A stretch of DNA of 49,778 bases, taken from positions 1-49,778 of the IMG/VR virus record IMGVR_UViG_3300024258_000029; one strand, written 5' to 3'. Under the pieces are notes generated by a model. The model searched no databases. It saw only the letters and a list, made by a program, of their open reading frames with translations, and was not told the origin of the DNA. Below, piece by piece: positions 25,326-34,902 of this stretch; positions within the stretch are counted from its first letter, which is position 1; every line of letters starts with the position of its first letter. A program made the translations under genes and the position numbers. This DNA is from a virus (Duplodnaviria > Caudoviricetes).

Positions 25326-26464
25326 AGCTCAATTCCACCAACTTTAAAAACAGCAACAACATCCTTCAGCCCTTCTTTAAATTTAGCATGAAGTTCTATT
25401 GCCTCTGGTGTTTGGAGATAAGGAGTATGAATTTCAGAAACGAATGTTAAAAAATCATTGGAAACCGTTTCAATTATTTTCTGATCAGCCACAATAAGCT
25501 TCGCCCGTTTCTTATCCTTGGCAAGTTTGGCTTTACGCAACTTTTCAGCAGCTTTCAGGTCAGCTTCCTTGGCTTTTTCAAAAGATTCGTCCATAATTAA
25601 TGCTTCTGGGATAAGAGATTGTCGGTATTCCATTAATTTCTGAGCCTGCTCTTGTGCCTCTATCTCTTTCTCCTTCTTCCTGAGTGCAGCAGCATCCTTT
25701 TTGATCTTATCCTCTTTAAAACGCAATTTTTGAGCCTTTTCAGCAGCTTTTTTATCTTCAGCCGCTTTTTCCTTTTTTCTGACCTTTTCGGCTTCAGCCT
25801 GTTTTTTTGCAAATTCAGCTTTTTCATCAGCAAGTTTTTTGGCAGCAGCTTCATTTTCTTTTCTGATTTGCTCCTGCCGTGCCTGTTCATTCTCAAAAAG
25901 AATCCGGGCAGCAAGTGCTTCACCAGTTTTAACAATTCCATCGGTGAGCATATCGAGTGCATCTGGTTCCCGTTCCTGAAATTCATCTGTGATTTTGATA
26001 TTCTGGAGCTTGTCAAGGTCAACCTGAATGTCTTTTGCTGATCTGTTATAATTAAGGCCCAACTCACACTTGCTTTGAAGATCTGTCATGAGATAATCAA
26101 GTTGTGCTTGCCGTTCAATTTCAATGTTAGCTTCTCTCTGATCTTCTTCATCGAGCATTTCTTTAAACTTCTGTTCGTAAGGAGCCAATGGCTCAATCAA
26201 ATCCTTGGCTTTGGAGTTGACTGTGGATACAAAATTCCTTGCCTCAGTTCCAAGCTCCCTTCTCCGCTTATCAGTCTTGGTTCTGGCTTTTTTGAATTTC
26301 ATATACACGGTGTGAATTTCTTTGTAAGAATCCTTATCGCCCGGAATCAATTCAAGGCCGTCATATTTTTTAATCATGTCAGTTACTGATTCTGGTGTCA
26401 GGTTAAATTCGATTACGGCAAAATCTTTTTTGGCAATTTCTATCACGTTTGCTGGTTGGTTCAT
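25322..26464 (-). CDS. Coiled-coil protein (DUF1351/Gp157-like, recombination module)
   Basis: Long K/E/A-rich helical protein near the ERF and exonuclease genes. Confidence 0.6.
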   Translation of the reverse strand: MNQPANVIEIAKKDFAVIEFNLTPESVTDMIKKYDGLELIPGDKDSYKEIHTVYMKFKKARTKTDKRRRELGTEARNFVSTVNSKAKDLIEPLAPYEQKFKEMLDEEDQREANIEIERQAQLDYLMTDLQSKCELGLNYNRSAKDIQVDLDKLQNIKITDEFQEREPDALDMLTDGIVKTGEALAARILFENEQARQEQIRKENEAAAKKLADEKAEFAKKQAEAEKVRKKEKAAEDKKAAEKAQKLRFKEDKIKKDAAALRKKEKEIEAQEQAQKLMEYRQSLIPEALIMDESFEKAKEADLKAAEKLRKAKLAKDKKRAKLIVADQKIIETVSNDFLTFVSEIHTPYLQTPEAIELHAKFKEGLKDVVAVFKVGGIEL

Positions 26465-26652
26465 TTTGTTCTCCCTTTTTTAAGTGTAAATTCAATATCA
26501 TTAAACTTCTGTTTTAATTTTTTTATATCTCTACTTTGGTCTTCAACAACGTACCTAACAATTCTTGAATCAATGTTCTCATATTTTGATAACCACCTAT
26601 AACCTCTCAAAAACATAACTTTTGCAAAATATTTTCCAGTTAAATCACCCAT
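26461..26652 (-). CDS. Hypothetical protein
   Basis: Overlaps both neighbours, co-oriented. Confidence 0.5.
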   Translation of the reverse strand: MGDLTGKYFAKVMFLRGYRWLSKYENIDSRIVRYVVEDQSRDIKKLKQKFNDIEFTLKKGRTK

Positions 26653-27239
26653 TCTGATTGATTGCTCCCTTCAAAATATTCTATGAAATCGAAATATTGT
26701 TTTCCCTTGCCTCTAAAAAATCCTGTGCCATCCACAGAATCAGCACCTATTGACTCAGCCCATCGTAAACGTGATTCAGTTGTAACTCTTCCAATATGCA
26801 ACCAAGGCGTTATACCTTTAAATTTTTCTGATGTAGATATTTTCCAAACAGTAGAGCCACCAACAAACACCGCATCTGCTTCTTTCGGCACATCACATGG
26901 TTCATGCCCATCCTGAACAACAAATGCTAATTTGAAACCAAAATCAGATATTCTCTTATTATGTTTATGCCATCTTTTGTTAGTGGCTTCTGCATCAGCG
27001 ACAACATCAGGAACGCATACCCACAATGGTTTTCTTCTCATTAATGACACTTTCCTCAACATAAGATAAAATTCTTTTTCGTCCCACCTTGTAAAACACC
27101 CATTATCAAGAGCAAATGGCAAATAAAATGGTGGTTTTTTATATGAGAATGGTGTGTTTAGAGTTCCAACCTTGCCGGGGTATTTACCAGCGAAATAGTG
27201 AACTATTCCGCTCATGTTGTTTGCTGGCATTATCATCAT
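26640..27239 (-). CDS. TGT/DpdA-like TIM-barrel protein, putative base-exchange enzyme
   Basis: ALDNGCF, VPDVV, FVVQDG, FVGGS, HIGRV and DSVDGT motifs in transglycosylase-like order. Confidence 0.6.
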   Translation of the reverse strand: MMIMPANNMSGIVHYFAGKYPGKVGTLNTPFSYKKPPFYLPFALDNGCFTRWDEKEFYLMLRKVSLMRRKPLWVCVPDVVADAEATNKRWHKHNKRISDFGFKLAFVVQDGHEPCDVPKEADAVFVGGSTVWKISTSEKFKGITPWLHIGRVTTESRLRWAESIGADSVDGTGFFRGKGKQYFDFIEYFEGSNQSEWVI

Positions 27240-27253
27240 CCGCTTATCCTTTT

Positions 27254-27865
27254 TTAAGCTTTCAGTCGTTCAATAAGGTCATCAACCTCCCTGTTGAATA
27301 ACCAGACTGCTGTTTTGATTTTTGATATTAGATCTTCGTTTCTTTCAACTTTTATAATCAGTGGTGGAAGATCCGGGTGGTAAGAGAAAAAGTGCCACAC
27401 CTTCCATCCAGTAACAAATAAGCTAAATTGGCACTGCAAAGAATATTCTGTTGGAAGTTTGTTCTGGTCAAGGTATTTAACCTGAGTCGCAGGGATAACG
27501 CTTTTGACTTCCAGACCTTCTTCTTTATCCACAACGATTGAATCAGGGCTACAGTGATATCTTGCATTGGTTCCCGGCTTGATCAAAGATACTGGTCTTG
27601 TTTTAATGCCAGTTATGAAGTTAAAGGCGTTGATGGTTTCTTCTTCTCGCTCTAAACCCTCTTCCATATGTTTATTGGAATAAGTTTCTGTCTTTGCCCC
27701 GGTCATTAATTCGGCAGCCATCTGATACATGTAGGCTTTTCGCTGAGAAGATGCTTTCCCTGTACTGGTTATTATTTTGGATACACTTGAGGCTCCGATT
27801 GAGCCAATCCTGTGAAGATTCCATTCAGGTGTTCCCTGCTCTCCATCGATTATTTCAATTGGCAT
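27254..27865 (-). CDS. YqaJ / lambda-exonuclease family recombination nuclease
   Basis: QGTPEW..HR.G.IGAS, G.ERE, CSPD, GLEVK and Y..QCQ motifs. Confidence 0.92.
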   Translation of the reverse strand: MPIEIIDGEQGTPEWNLHRIGSIGASSVSKIITSTGKASSQRKAYMYQMAAELMTGAKTETYSNKHMEEGLEREEETINAFNFITGIKTRPVSLIKPGTNARYHCSPDSIVVDKEEGLEVKSVIPATQVKYLDQNKLPTEYSLQCQFSLFVTGWKVWHFFSYHPDLPPLIIKVERNEDLISKIKTAVWLFNREVDDLIERLKA

Positions 27866-28604
27866 TTTTTGACCTCGCTTTCAAAGCTGCTTTAGCCTTG
27901 CCAAAATTAGCAGCATGGATCTCTTCAACCGTTTCGCACCCTGCCATTTTCAGGAATTCTTTTTCGGTTAAACCTTTGATGCTTTCGATGGTTTCACGGA
28001 TTTCGATGCACTGTTCTTCGGATAGGCATTTGATTGACTCTGATGCCTGTCCATCATCATCTTGATCCTCAGTTGCAAGCCCTGTCAGGGCAAGAATTGT
28101 GTACCTCTCAAGGTAGGATATAGTTGAACCAATTGCCTGAATGCTGTTCTTGTTACCGGTATTATCCGATGCAGCAAACAAGGAAGTGCTTTCACTATGC
28201 CCAAGTTCATGGGTGATAGTACAGGTTACCTTTACACCCTTCTCTGTCTGGTCTAAGGGCCATGCTGCTGAAAGGCCATATTTCCCCATCGCTTTGCCGA
28301 TCTTAGATGCAACATTTCCAAGGCTTGCATGGGAATAACTTGTTGTTCCTGACCCCGGCTTTTTCCCTTTGTAACCAACTTTTTTGTCTTTCATTATTAC
28401 AGGGGGATCTGCCTTGAACAATGCCATTGCTTTTGTGTAAGCTTTTTTGGCTTGCATTGCATCATACTTTTCCTGTAGGGCAAGCATCTTTTCAAGATTA
28501 TCAATGCTGCCACCATTTGCCAAAAAACTCTGTGCAAGCTCAAACGGCCCTGCCTGAACTGGTAAGTTTTCTTCGCTCACAACCAACACTTTTTTTTCAA
28601 CCAT
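27855..28604 (-). CDS. erf: ERF family single-strand annealing protein
   Basis: VTCTITHELGHSE...IQAIGSTISYLERY...GLAT.DQDDDG signature. Confidence 0.92.
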   Translation of the reverse strand: MVEKKVLVVSEENLPVQAGPFELAQSFLANGGSIDNLEKMLALQEKYDAMQAKKAYTKAMALFKADPPVIMKDKKVGYKGKKPGSGTTSYSHASLGNVASKIGKAMGKYGLSAAWPLDQTEKGVKVTCTITHELGHSESTSLFAASDNTGNKNSIQAIGSTISYLERYTILALTGLATEDQDDDGQASESIKCLSEEQCIEIRETIESIKGLTEKEFLKMAGCETVEEIHAANFGKAKAALKARSKNAN

Positions 28605-28638
28605 TCTTATTCTCCTTTTTAATGTTATTGTTTATATA

Positions 28639-29094
28639 TTATTTACTGGAATACTGTTTCATGTTTTCAATTGCCTTATAATCAGGATGTCGATAGTTTT
28701 TTAAAAATTCTGGCATTTTGGCAAGTTTGCCATTTTTTGTAGCCTGAACCCTTGTTCCGATATCTGGTTGATTTGTAAATGTATCTTGATATTCTTCAAG
28801 TAAGGAAGCCATTTGGTTCTGCCAATCATCGGGCATAGAGTGCATTAAAACTCTTGGAATAGTTAAAAAACTGGCATAACTCAATTCAAACCATCCCCAT
28901 AGTCTTTCTTTTCCATCTTGGTCATCACATTCAAGCATTGCCTTTTTCAATTCTTCCCTGGACAATAAAACTTCAACCGCATCAATACCTTGATCAGTCA
29001 TAACAGTAATTGAAACACCTTCGGTCTTCTTTTTTCCATCACTGATGGTGCATTGATTTTGCTCTATGATTGATTTGTCGCTGAAAATTTTCAT
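28639..29094 (-). CDS. Hypothetical phage protein
   Basis: GGAGG RBS; WFELSYASFL..PRVLM..MP..WQ motif. Confidence 0.7.
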   Translation of the reverse strand: MKIFSDKSIIEQNQCTISDGKKKTEGVSITVMTDQGIDAVEVLLSREELKKAMLECDDQDGKERLWGWFELSYASFLTIPRVLMHSMPDDWQNQMASLLEEYQDTFTNQPDIGTRVQATKNGKLAKMPEFLKNYRHPDYKAIENMKQYSSK

Positions 29095-29131
29095 ATTTCC
29101 TCCATTAAACTAAACACATCGCATTGTTATA

Positions 29132-29506
29132 TTATTTAGCGGAGTCTGATTTTGTCGGGCTTAATTCTTTTAACCATTCTTCCGAAAGGTCTAAAAGCTT
29201 ATTCGGAAAACTTTGTATTTGCTCATTGTTAATGATTTTCGGCAAAACAATTATTGCTGCAATCTGCTTTGTTGATGGAATAAATGTGTTGATTGCCGAT
29301 ACAAACAATATCAATACGCTAAGAGAAATAGCTGTTATTACAGACTTTTTTATATATTCTTTTTTATCTTCACCGATAATATATATAGAGCAAACCATAA
29401 TCCCAACTAAAAGGATCATTCCTGTACCGAAACAAAATCCGTTTAATAAACTCTTAATATCATCTAATTTCACAAGCCAATACATATCCATTGTTGAAAA
29501 GTTCAT
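29132..29506 (-). CDS. Hypothetical membrane protein (2 TM)
   Basis: YWLVKLD...two hydrophobic segments...FIPSTK. Confidence 0.7.
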   Translation of the reverse strand: MNFSTMDMYWLVKLDDIKSLLNGFCFGTGMILLVGIMVCSIYIIGEDKKEYIKKSVITAISLSVLILFVSAINTFIPSTKQIAAIIVLPKIINNEQIQSFPNKLLDLSEEWLKELSPTKSDSAK

Positions 29507-29980
29507 TTTACTCTCCTTTTATTCGCCTAAATACATCATTTGTTTGATTTTTCCTTGAATGATCCACACCACCCATACGGGTCAATCGCTTCATCGTTTT
29601 TCTTACACCATGTGCAACTGGGATTCTTGTGTTTGCAATCTTTGCAAGTTCCCTTTTTATTCTTCTTCATAATCGTCCCCTTGTTCCGGTATGCTATCCG
29701 GGCAAACAGCCCCATTTGGTTTTTCACAATCCCCCCAATTCGGGCCACCCTTTATTTCGTATGGGCAGCCACATCCGTTAAAAAGTATTAAACCATTACA
29801 CATATCATGCTCCTTTTTTAACTTTCTTTCTTGCTGTTTTCCACGAGGTAGACTTACAATTTGGGCATTGAACTGGTTTCCCTTTAGGCTTCCTTGAATA
29901 CCATTCATGTTTGCATTTTAAGCATTTACATTTTTTCAAAACTTGCTCCTTTTGTTAAAATTAAAAACATTCGATAGCTA

Positions 29981-30067
29981 TATCTACAGCCATCTTACAG
30001 AAAAGTCAATAGTTTATTATGATAATATTATTTTTATCTTGACTTTATGTTTTGGAAAAATTATAAG
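29981..30067. promoter_or_regulatory. Divergent sigma70 promoters
   Basis: Minus TTGACT-17-TAGATA (-35 at 30004-30009) and plus TTGACT-17-TATAAG (-35 at 30039-30044) at the strand switch. Confidence 0.6.
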
Positions 30068-30094
30068 TAAGACACTTTAAACATTAAATAAGGA

Positions 30095-30286
30095 GTGAAT
30101 ATGGAAGATTCATCAGTTAAAAGGCTTGGCTTAATCCTTGCTGTCCAGGCTGAGATTGAAGGGATGAAAGTTGAGAATTCAATCTTCAAGCATTCTCATG
30201 GAATTGATCTATATGATAAAGAAGCTTTTCAAGCCAAAGCTGAAGAGCTAAGAAACATTGCCTGTTGCCATGAGAGTCAATTATGA
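30095..30286 (+). CDS. Hypothetical protein
   Basis: AAGGAG RBS (ATG 30101 likely); first gene of the plus-strand operon. Confidence 0.65.
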   Translation: MNMEDSSVKRLGLILAVQAEIEGMKVENSIFKHSHGIDLYDKEAFQAKAEELRNIACCHESQL

Positions 30287-30462
30287 ATGAGCTTTTTTAT
30301 AGGCTGGATAGTTTGAGAATTTACCCAGAAAACTTCCATGAAAGATGTGTAAAGGAAATTGAAAAGTATATTGAGGAAAAAACAACCAAACTCAAGGCAG
30401 ATGTTGAGGAATGCTGGGATATTCTCAATGGTATAAAACCACCACCAAATAGGATTCAATGA
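30283..30462 (+). CDS. Hypothetical protein (59 aa, absent from the ORF track)
   Basis: MNELFYRLDSLRIYPENF...; ATGA overlaps at both ends. Confidence 0.55.
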   Translation: MNELFYRLDSLRIYPENFHERCVKEIEKYIEEKTTKLKADVEECWDILNGIKPPPNRIQ

Positions 30463-30677
30463 TGAAATACACAGAAAAGCAAATTGACATTGCAATGGGC
30501 ATAATTAGTGGCAGAATTAACCCTGATCTTGATTTGAAATATCTTGAAGATGCCCAAGGGCTTTATAATGGTGAATTAAAAAGCATGATAGTTGGTGGAG
30601 AAGGAAACCCAGGCACTCATGCACATTATAGACAAGCTGAAAGAATTTTAATGCATTTGATAAGGGATAAACCATGA
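30459..30677 (+). CDS. Hypothetical protein
   Basis: ATGA-coupled within the operon. Confidence 0.6.
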   Translation: MMKYTEKQIDIAMGIISGRINPDLDLKYLEDAQGLYNGELKSMIVGGEGNPGTHAHYRQAERILMHLIRDKP

Positions 30678-30913
30678 AAAAATATTTATACCACAAATTC
30701 ATAGCCATATTGTTGTGGCTTCATGACCATGTGTATCTGCCTGAATGGATCTACAAAAAAACCTCACCTTTTTATATCACCCCTTTCCCAGAACCACCGA
30801 AAAGAGGCACTGAAGATTTTGGAAAAATGGCAGATGCTTTTTTAGGTGGTATTGAAGAATGGCAAGATCGATGTCAAATAGCAAATGATTATGTGGAAAA
30901 GGAGAAGAAATGA
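30674..30913 (+). CDS. Hypothetical protein
   Basis: ATGA-coupled within the operon. Confidence 0.6.
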   Translation: MKKYLYHKFIAILLWLHDHVYLPEWIYKKTSPFYITPFPEPPKRGTEDFGKMADAFLGGIEEWQDRCQIANDYVEKEKK

Positions 30914-31137
30914 AACCAAATGAGATATATTTATTCACAGGTATTTGTTTCATTTTATTGGCTGCATACATAGCACCAACTTTTTGTCATGAGCCAAAGG
31001 TTTATACTGTTAGGCTTGAAGATAAATACTGGCATGATTTGAAGAAGAAATATATGCCACTTGAAATGATTCCTTATGACCCACCACCCCCTTGGAAAAT
31101 AAGGGATCGGACTTTAACCCGAAAATATTGGAGATGA
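30910..31137 (+). CDS. Hypothetical protein with an N-terminal TM helix
   Basis: IYLFTGICFILLAAYIA hydrophobic segment. Confidence 0.6.
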   Translation: MKPNEIYLFTGICFILLAAYIAPTFCHEPKVYTVRLEDKYWHDLKKKYMPLEMIPYDPPPPWKIRDRTLTRKYWR

Positions 31138-31138
31138 G

Positions 31139-31861
31139 ATGAACCCAGCAGCCGTTTATATTCAAACACACACGCAATGCAATTCAAACTGTTCAATATG
31201 CCCACATCCCAAAGCTTATAGCGAATTTGGAAAGCAGAGAATGGATTCAACACTATTTTATGAGATTATGTGCGATTTATCATCATGCAACTATGGTGGT
31301 GTTATCGGATTATTTCTCCAGATGGAGCCATTAATGGATGATAGGATCTTTAGTTTTGTCAGGCTTGCAAAAGAGTATTGCCCATTTGCTATAATTGAAA
31401 TTTCCACCAACGGGATTTTACTGGAAGACAACATGGACGAACTCAAGGCATCCCCGGCTGACAATATTTATCTGAATTATGGCTCGATTAAGTATGGTTC
31501 AACTCCAGCCAAAGTGATTGATATGGTCAATGAATTAGCAAAACACAAATATGTTATCATCAACAATCCGATGATGGAAGAAGACAATATTTCACACCTG
31601 TTCCCCGGTTGCAGGGTGGATAACTTCTGGGTTTCAAATCGTGGTGGGAATCTTGATAACATCAAGCATGGTCAAGAAACCAGATTTGCAAAAAGAGAAT
31701 GCAGACAATTAAATATCGTTGCTTCTGGTGATGTGATCCTGTGCTGCAACGATTACATGAGGGAATATGTTTTCGGGAATGCAAAAGATGAGAATATAAT
31801 TAAAATCTGGAATGAGATTCCGAAACATTTCGATTATCCTATTTGTCAAAAATGTATATGA
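31139..31861 (+). CDS. Radical SAM protein with a SPASM/twitch domain
   Basis: CNSNCSICP, EPLMD, STNG, NRGG and C..LNI..SGDVILCCND...GN...IWN...C..C motifs. Confidence 0.9.
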   Translation: MNPAAVYIQTHTQCNSNCSICPHPKAYSEFGKQRMDSTLFYEIMCDLSSCNYGGVIGLFLQMEPLMDDRIFSFVRLAKEYCPFAIIEISTNGILLEDNMDELKASPADNIYLNYGSIKYGSTPAKVIDMVNELAKHKYVIINNPMMEEDNISHLFPGCRVDNFWVSNRGGNLDNIKHGQETRFAKRECRQLNIVASGDVILCCNDYMREYVFGNAKDENIIKIWNEIPKHFDYPICQKCI

Positions 31862-31864
31862 ATA

Positions 31865-32413
31865 TTATACTGTGCCTGTAGATAATAATTTTCCCCCAGC
31901 AGCTTGAAGTAAATTAACGCAAGCTGTTGGGTGGACTGTCCAAGGTCTGACAGAACCCCAGCTTAACGCCTCTGCAATCGGAGTGATAAGTTCTTCTGAG
32001 CAAAATGTTTTATCAGGATCTTCCTTAATAAATTTATATCTGAAATTCACAATCCCTGCCCAGTCATAAGGCTTTTTATTTTCACAGGACTTAACATAAT
32101 GAGCGATGCAATATTCCCATTGCAGCCTTGTCATTTCAAGACTCCATATTTCATAAGGAGTCCCCGGTGTATGAGCAGCAAAATTTGAATAATCCATCCA
32201 TGATTCTATCCTACCAGAATGGGGCCATTGTTCGCATACCTCAACCTTGTCGAGATATACCTTTTCTGCTCTTTCATCACCAATAAGTTGCCTGATATAT
32301 TCCCTTTCCTCGTCACCGATGAATACAGCAGAATGAGAATATGGCCCTGTTTGATTCTGGATTACTTTTGAAACCGCAGATTTACCGAAAAAGTGTGCTG
32401 ATTTTAATTTCAT
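31865..32413 (-). CDS. Permuted papain-like NlpC/P60 (YiiX-type) protein
   Basis: YSHSAV (His) precedes KPYDW...FCSELI (Cys). Confidence 0.8.
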   Translation of the reverse strand: MKLKSAHFFGKSAVSKVIQNQTGPYSHSAVFIGDEEREYIRQLIGDERAEKVYLDKVEVCEQWPHSGRIESWMDYSNFAAHTPGTPYEIWSLEMTRLQWEYCIAHYVKSCENKKPYDWAGIVNFRYKFIKEDPDKTFCSEELITPIAEALSWGSVRPWTVHPTACVNLLQAAGGKLLSTGTV

Positions 32414-32586
32414 TTTTTAGCCTCAACCCCTTTATCAAATAAACTCAATAACAAATCGAAATTCCCTGTGTATGCAGCAGCACCGATAAGCGATAGAATA
32501 ATCACAGTGAGACATCCCATCGCAAACATCTTAGTTGCTGGCTTTAAATCTTTAAGAAACTGTACAAAGTCTTTTAAAATTTGCAT
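32410..32586 (-). CDS. Small membrane protein, holin/lysis accessory candidate (58 aa)
   Basis: MFAMGCLTVIILSLIGAAAY TM segment directly after the endolysin; AAGGAG RBS. Confidence 0.55.
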   Translation of the reverse strand: MQILKDFVQFLKDLKPATKMFAMGCLTVIILSLIGAAAYTGNFDLLLSLFDKGVEAKK

Positions 32587-32587
32587 T

Positions 32588-32962
32588 TTATTCTCCTTTG
32601 CGTGACATTAATTCTTTTGGTTTATCATGATCATCATCATTGTGAACAAAAGTTGGATAAACAACAAACCTTGTTATGCCAGCTCTCATTAATCCAGTAA
32701 CAACCCTATATCTTATGAATGAATTAGGTGTATCAATATCAGTTGCACAACCTTTAAGATGGCTTGACGTTGGTGTTCCTTTTTCTTTTTTGTTATGTTC
32801 TAAGCACCTTACTGCTGAATTAACATTAAAAGGAACCTCAGCGTATCCTCTTGCTTGGTCTAATTTCAAAAGATAATCTTCATCCATATCCTTATAACCA
32901 AGGCCACATTTTCCACATTTACATTGGAATTCATTTTCTTTAAAGAAAATCATTCTGGACAT
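32588..32962 (-). CDS. Endolysin, peptidase M15A family
   Basis: EFQCKCG.C, NSAVRC..HN, SSHLKG.A.D and FVH.D motifs. Confidence 0.9.
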   Translation of the reverse strand: MSRMIFFKENEFQCKCGKCGLGYKDMDEDYLLKLDQARGYAEVPFNVNSAVRCLEHNKKEKGTPTSSHLKGCATDIDTPNSFIRYRVVTGLMRAGITRFVVYPTFVHNDDDHDKPKELMSRKGE

Positions 32963-33417
32963 ATATCCTTAATAGCTCTTGCATTGGAATGGATGATTTT
33001 TGTATTCTTTTTTACCAAATCAGAAGTTTCCTGAAGATGGATGCCAGTTTCTTTTAGATTGGCTTTGGTTTCTGCTAAGTCAACCCTGTTAAAACTAACT
33101 GTCCCAGCCATTAATATCATTACTGTTGCCATGAGACCAAAGAACCACTTAAAAGTGCTTGACCCCATTTTAGAATTCATCATTCCTAATCTTGATTCGC
33201 ATTTCAGATCAACATTAGTTGTCCATTTGTCCATTTTGTCATAAATCCTGATCTCAAAATCTTCTCTTTTCTTTTCCCTGTCATCAAGTTTCTTACAAAT
33301 TAGCTTAATGTCTTTTGAGTGACCAATCAACAATTCCCGGTCTGATCTGTTTTTAATGTGGTCTGAATACCTTCTTGATAGTTCAACTTCTTCTGGATTC
33401 TCTGGTTCAGCATTCAT
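32950..33417 (-). CDS. Single-TM coiled-coil protein, holin-like
   Basis: WFFGLMATVMILMAGTV TM segment directly upstream of the endolysin. Confidence 0.55.
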   Translation of the reverse strand: MNAEPENPEEVELSRRYSDHIKNRSDRELLIGHSKDIKLICKKLDDREKKREDFEIRIYDKMDKWTTNVDLKCESRLGMMNSKMGSSTFKWFFGLMATVMILMAGTVSFNRVDLAETKANLKETGIHLQETSDLVKKNTKIIHSNARAIKDICPE

Positions 33418-33454
33418 GGCATCCTCTTTTTAAAAGTTTACATCACTATATTAA

Positions 33455-34198
33455 TTATATCCTAATCTCATTAAAAACAATTTCATTACAGTTTGAAATC
33501 GGTGGTACATTCCCATAGGGCCAAAGCATATAAGCACTCTGGGAGTCATAAATCCAAGCCTCATTTTTATCATTCAATATAAAGAGCAATGCGTGAACTC
33601 GATCTGTCATGCTTGGATGAATCAAGGTTACTTTAGCGTATCCTACGGAAAGATCACCGTAATTCCATTTAGAATACCAACCCACGGACATCTCTGCAAA
33701 ATCTATACATACTGTTTGTGGGGCTTCATAGAGGGAGAACCTGGATGGGTCTGCGGTAACTAAATCTTGCATCCTGTCTTTTGGTACTAATCTGTATGAG
33801 TCTCTTAACGTTTCTAAATCAAGAGGGTGTATTCCTGTGACCCTTCTTATATTGTTCCTCAAAACATTAACTGGCACTGTCTGGAGTTTCCCCAAATCAG
33901 GTACAGGAGGATTAAGAATATCAGCGTAACCTTGAGGCTTGAACATTGACCAATCCCCACTAAGCCATCCGGTAAGATTCGGCCCCGTCACTATACCTAT
34001 TGGGTTAAGTATTTCAGATTCAAGTATTGCAGGATGAAGTGAGGGTATCGGGCATTTCTCTTTAACAGCGATAGAAACCATTTGAAGTTGTACGCTGTCT
34101 GGTTGACCGAAACAAGCTATGCAATCGGCGTACAGGCGTTCGTATTGAGTGAAGTGGTAATACCCGCCTTCTATTAGATAGTCTTTAATGGTTTTCAC
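33455..34198 (-). CDS. Protein with a C-terminal papain/transglutaminase-like domain
   Basis: CIDFA...HALL...WIYDSQ resembles a Cys-His-Asp triad. Confidence 0.5.
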   Translation of the reverse strand: MKTIKDYLIEGGYYHFTQYERLYADCIACFGQPDSVQLQMVSIAVKEKCPIPSLHPAILESEILNPIGIVTGPNLTGWLSGDWSMFKPQGYADILNPPVPDLGKLQTVPVNVLRNNIRRVTGIHPLDLETLRDSYRLVPKDRMQDLVTADPSRFSLYEAPQTVCIDFAEMSVGWYSKWNYGDLSVGYAKVTLIHPSMTDRVHALLFILNDKNEAWIYDSQSAYMLWPYGNVPPISNCNEIVFNEIRI

Positions 34199-34253
34199 TG
34201 CTGCCCACCTGTGCCTGAACTGTAGTATTGTATGAGTGCTTGTTTAATGTCCA

Positions 34254-34892
34254 TTATTCTTCCAACAATTTAAAATCTTTAGGTATTTCGATTTGTTTAT
34301 ATTTCTCAGGCATCAGGTATTCTTCTTTGGTTTCATACCATTCAAGCAAAGTCTTTTGATCTTGAATACTATCAAGAATTTCTTTTTTCATATCTTGTGG
34401 ACAGGAGTTCATAAACTCAAAAGTTGAATTACCTAAACGGCCTTTTGAAATCCAATCAACACAAGCCATTTCTTTAATCTTAAAAAGCCACATATCTTTA
34501 TCAAGCTGCTTTCTTTTTTCGTCTGTTAAATCACCTATTTGCTCTTTAAGGAAAACTGCTTGCTGGTAGAATCTTTTGAATTCCCTTTCAGTATCTTTAA
34601 TAGCCCGGTTAGATTCTTCCATTCGCATTGTTTTTCTTTTATACTCAATCTCAGCGTAGCGTTTTTTGAAATCGGTTTCATTTTCAAGTATATATTTTTG
34701 CTCTTCAATTTCAACTTGCAATTTTTCATTATCACAAGTTAGTTCTCTTAATCCCCTGAACCGTTTGTAAAGTTCCCTGAGTGCCTGTTTGTACTGACCG
34801 TACATTGTCCCACCGGCTCTTGTTGTTACAAAGTAATCATCTTGAAATTCACTCATCCCTGTCTGGTGATCGCCTAATAATTCTTTAAGCAT
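34254..34892 (-). CDS. Coiled-coil protein next to the Kelch gene (chaperone-like)
   Basis: MSEFQ..YFV...T.YGQYKQALREL..R helical protein directly after the Kelch gene. Confidence 0.55.
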   Translation of the reverse strand: MLKELLGDHQTGMSEFQDDYFVTTRAGGTMYGQYKQALRELYKRFRGLRELTCDNEKLQVEIEEQKYILENETDFKKRYAEIEYKRKTMRMEESNRAIKDTEREFKRFYQQAVFLKEQIGDLTDEKRKQLDKDMWLFKIKEMACVDWISKGRLGNSTFEFMNSCPQDMKKEILDSIQDQKTLLEWYETKEEYLMPEKYKQIEIPKDFKLLEE

Positions 34893-34902
34893 TTTTATTC
34901 CT

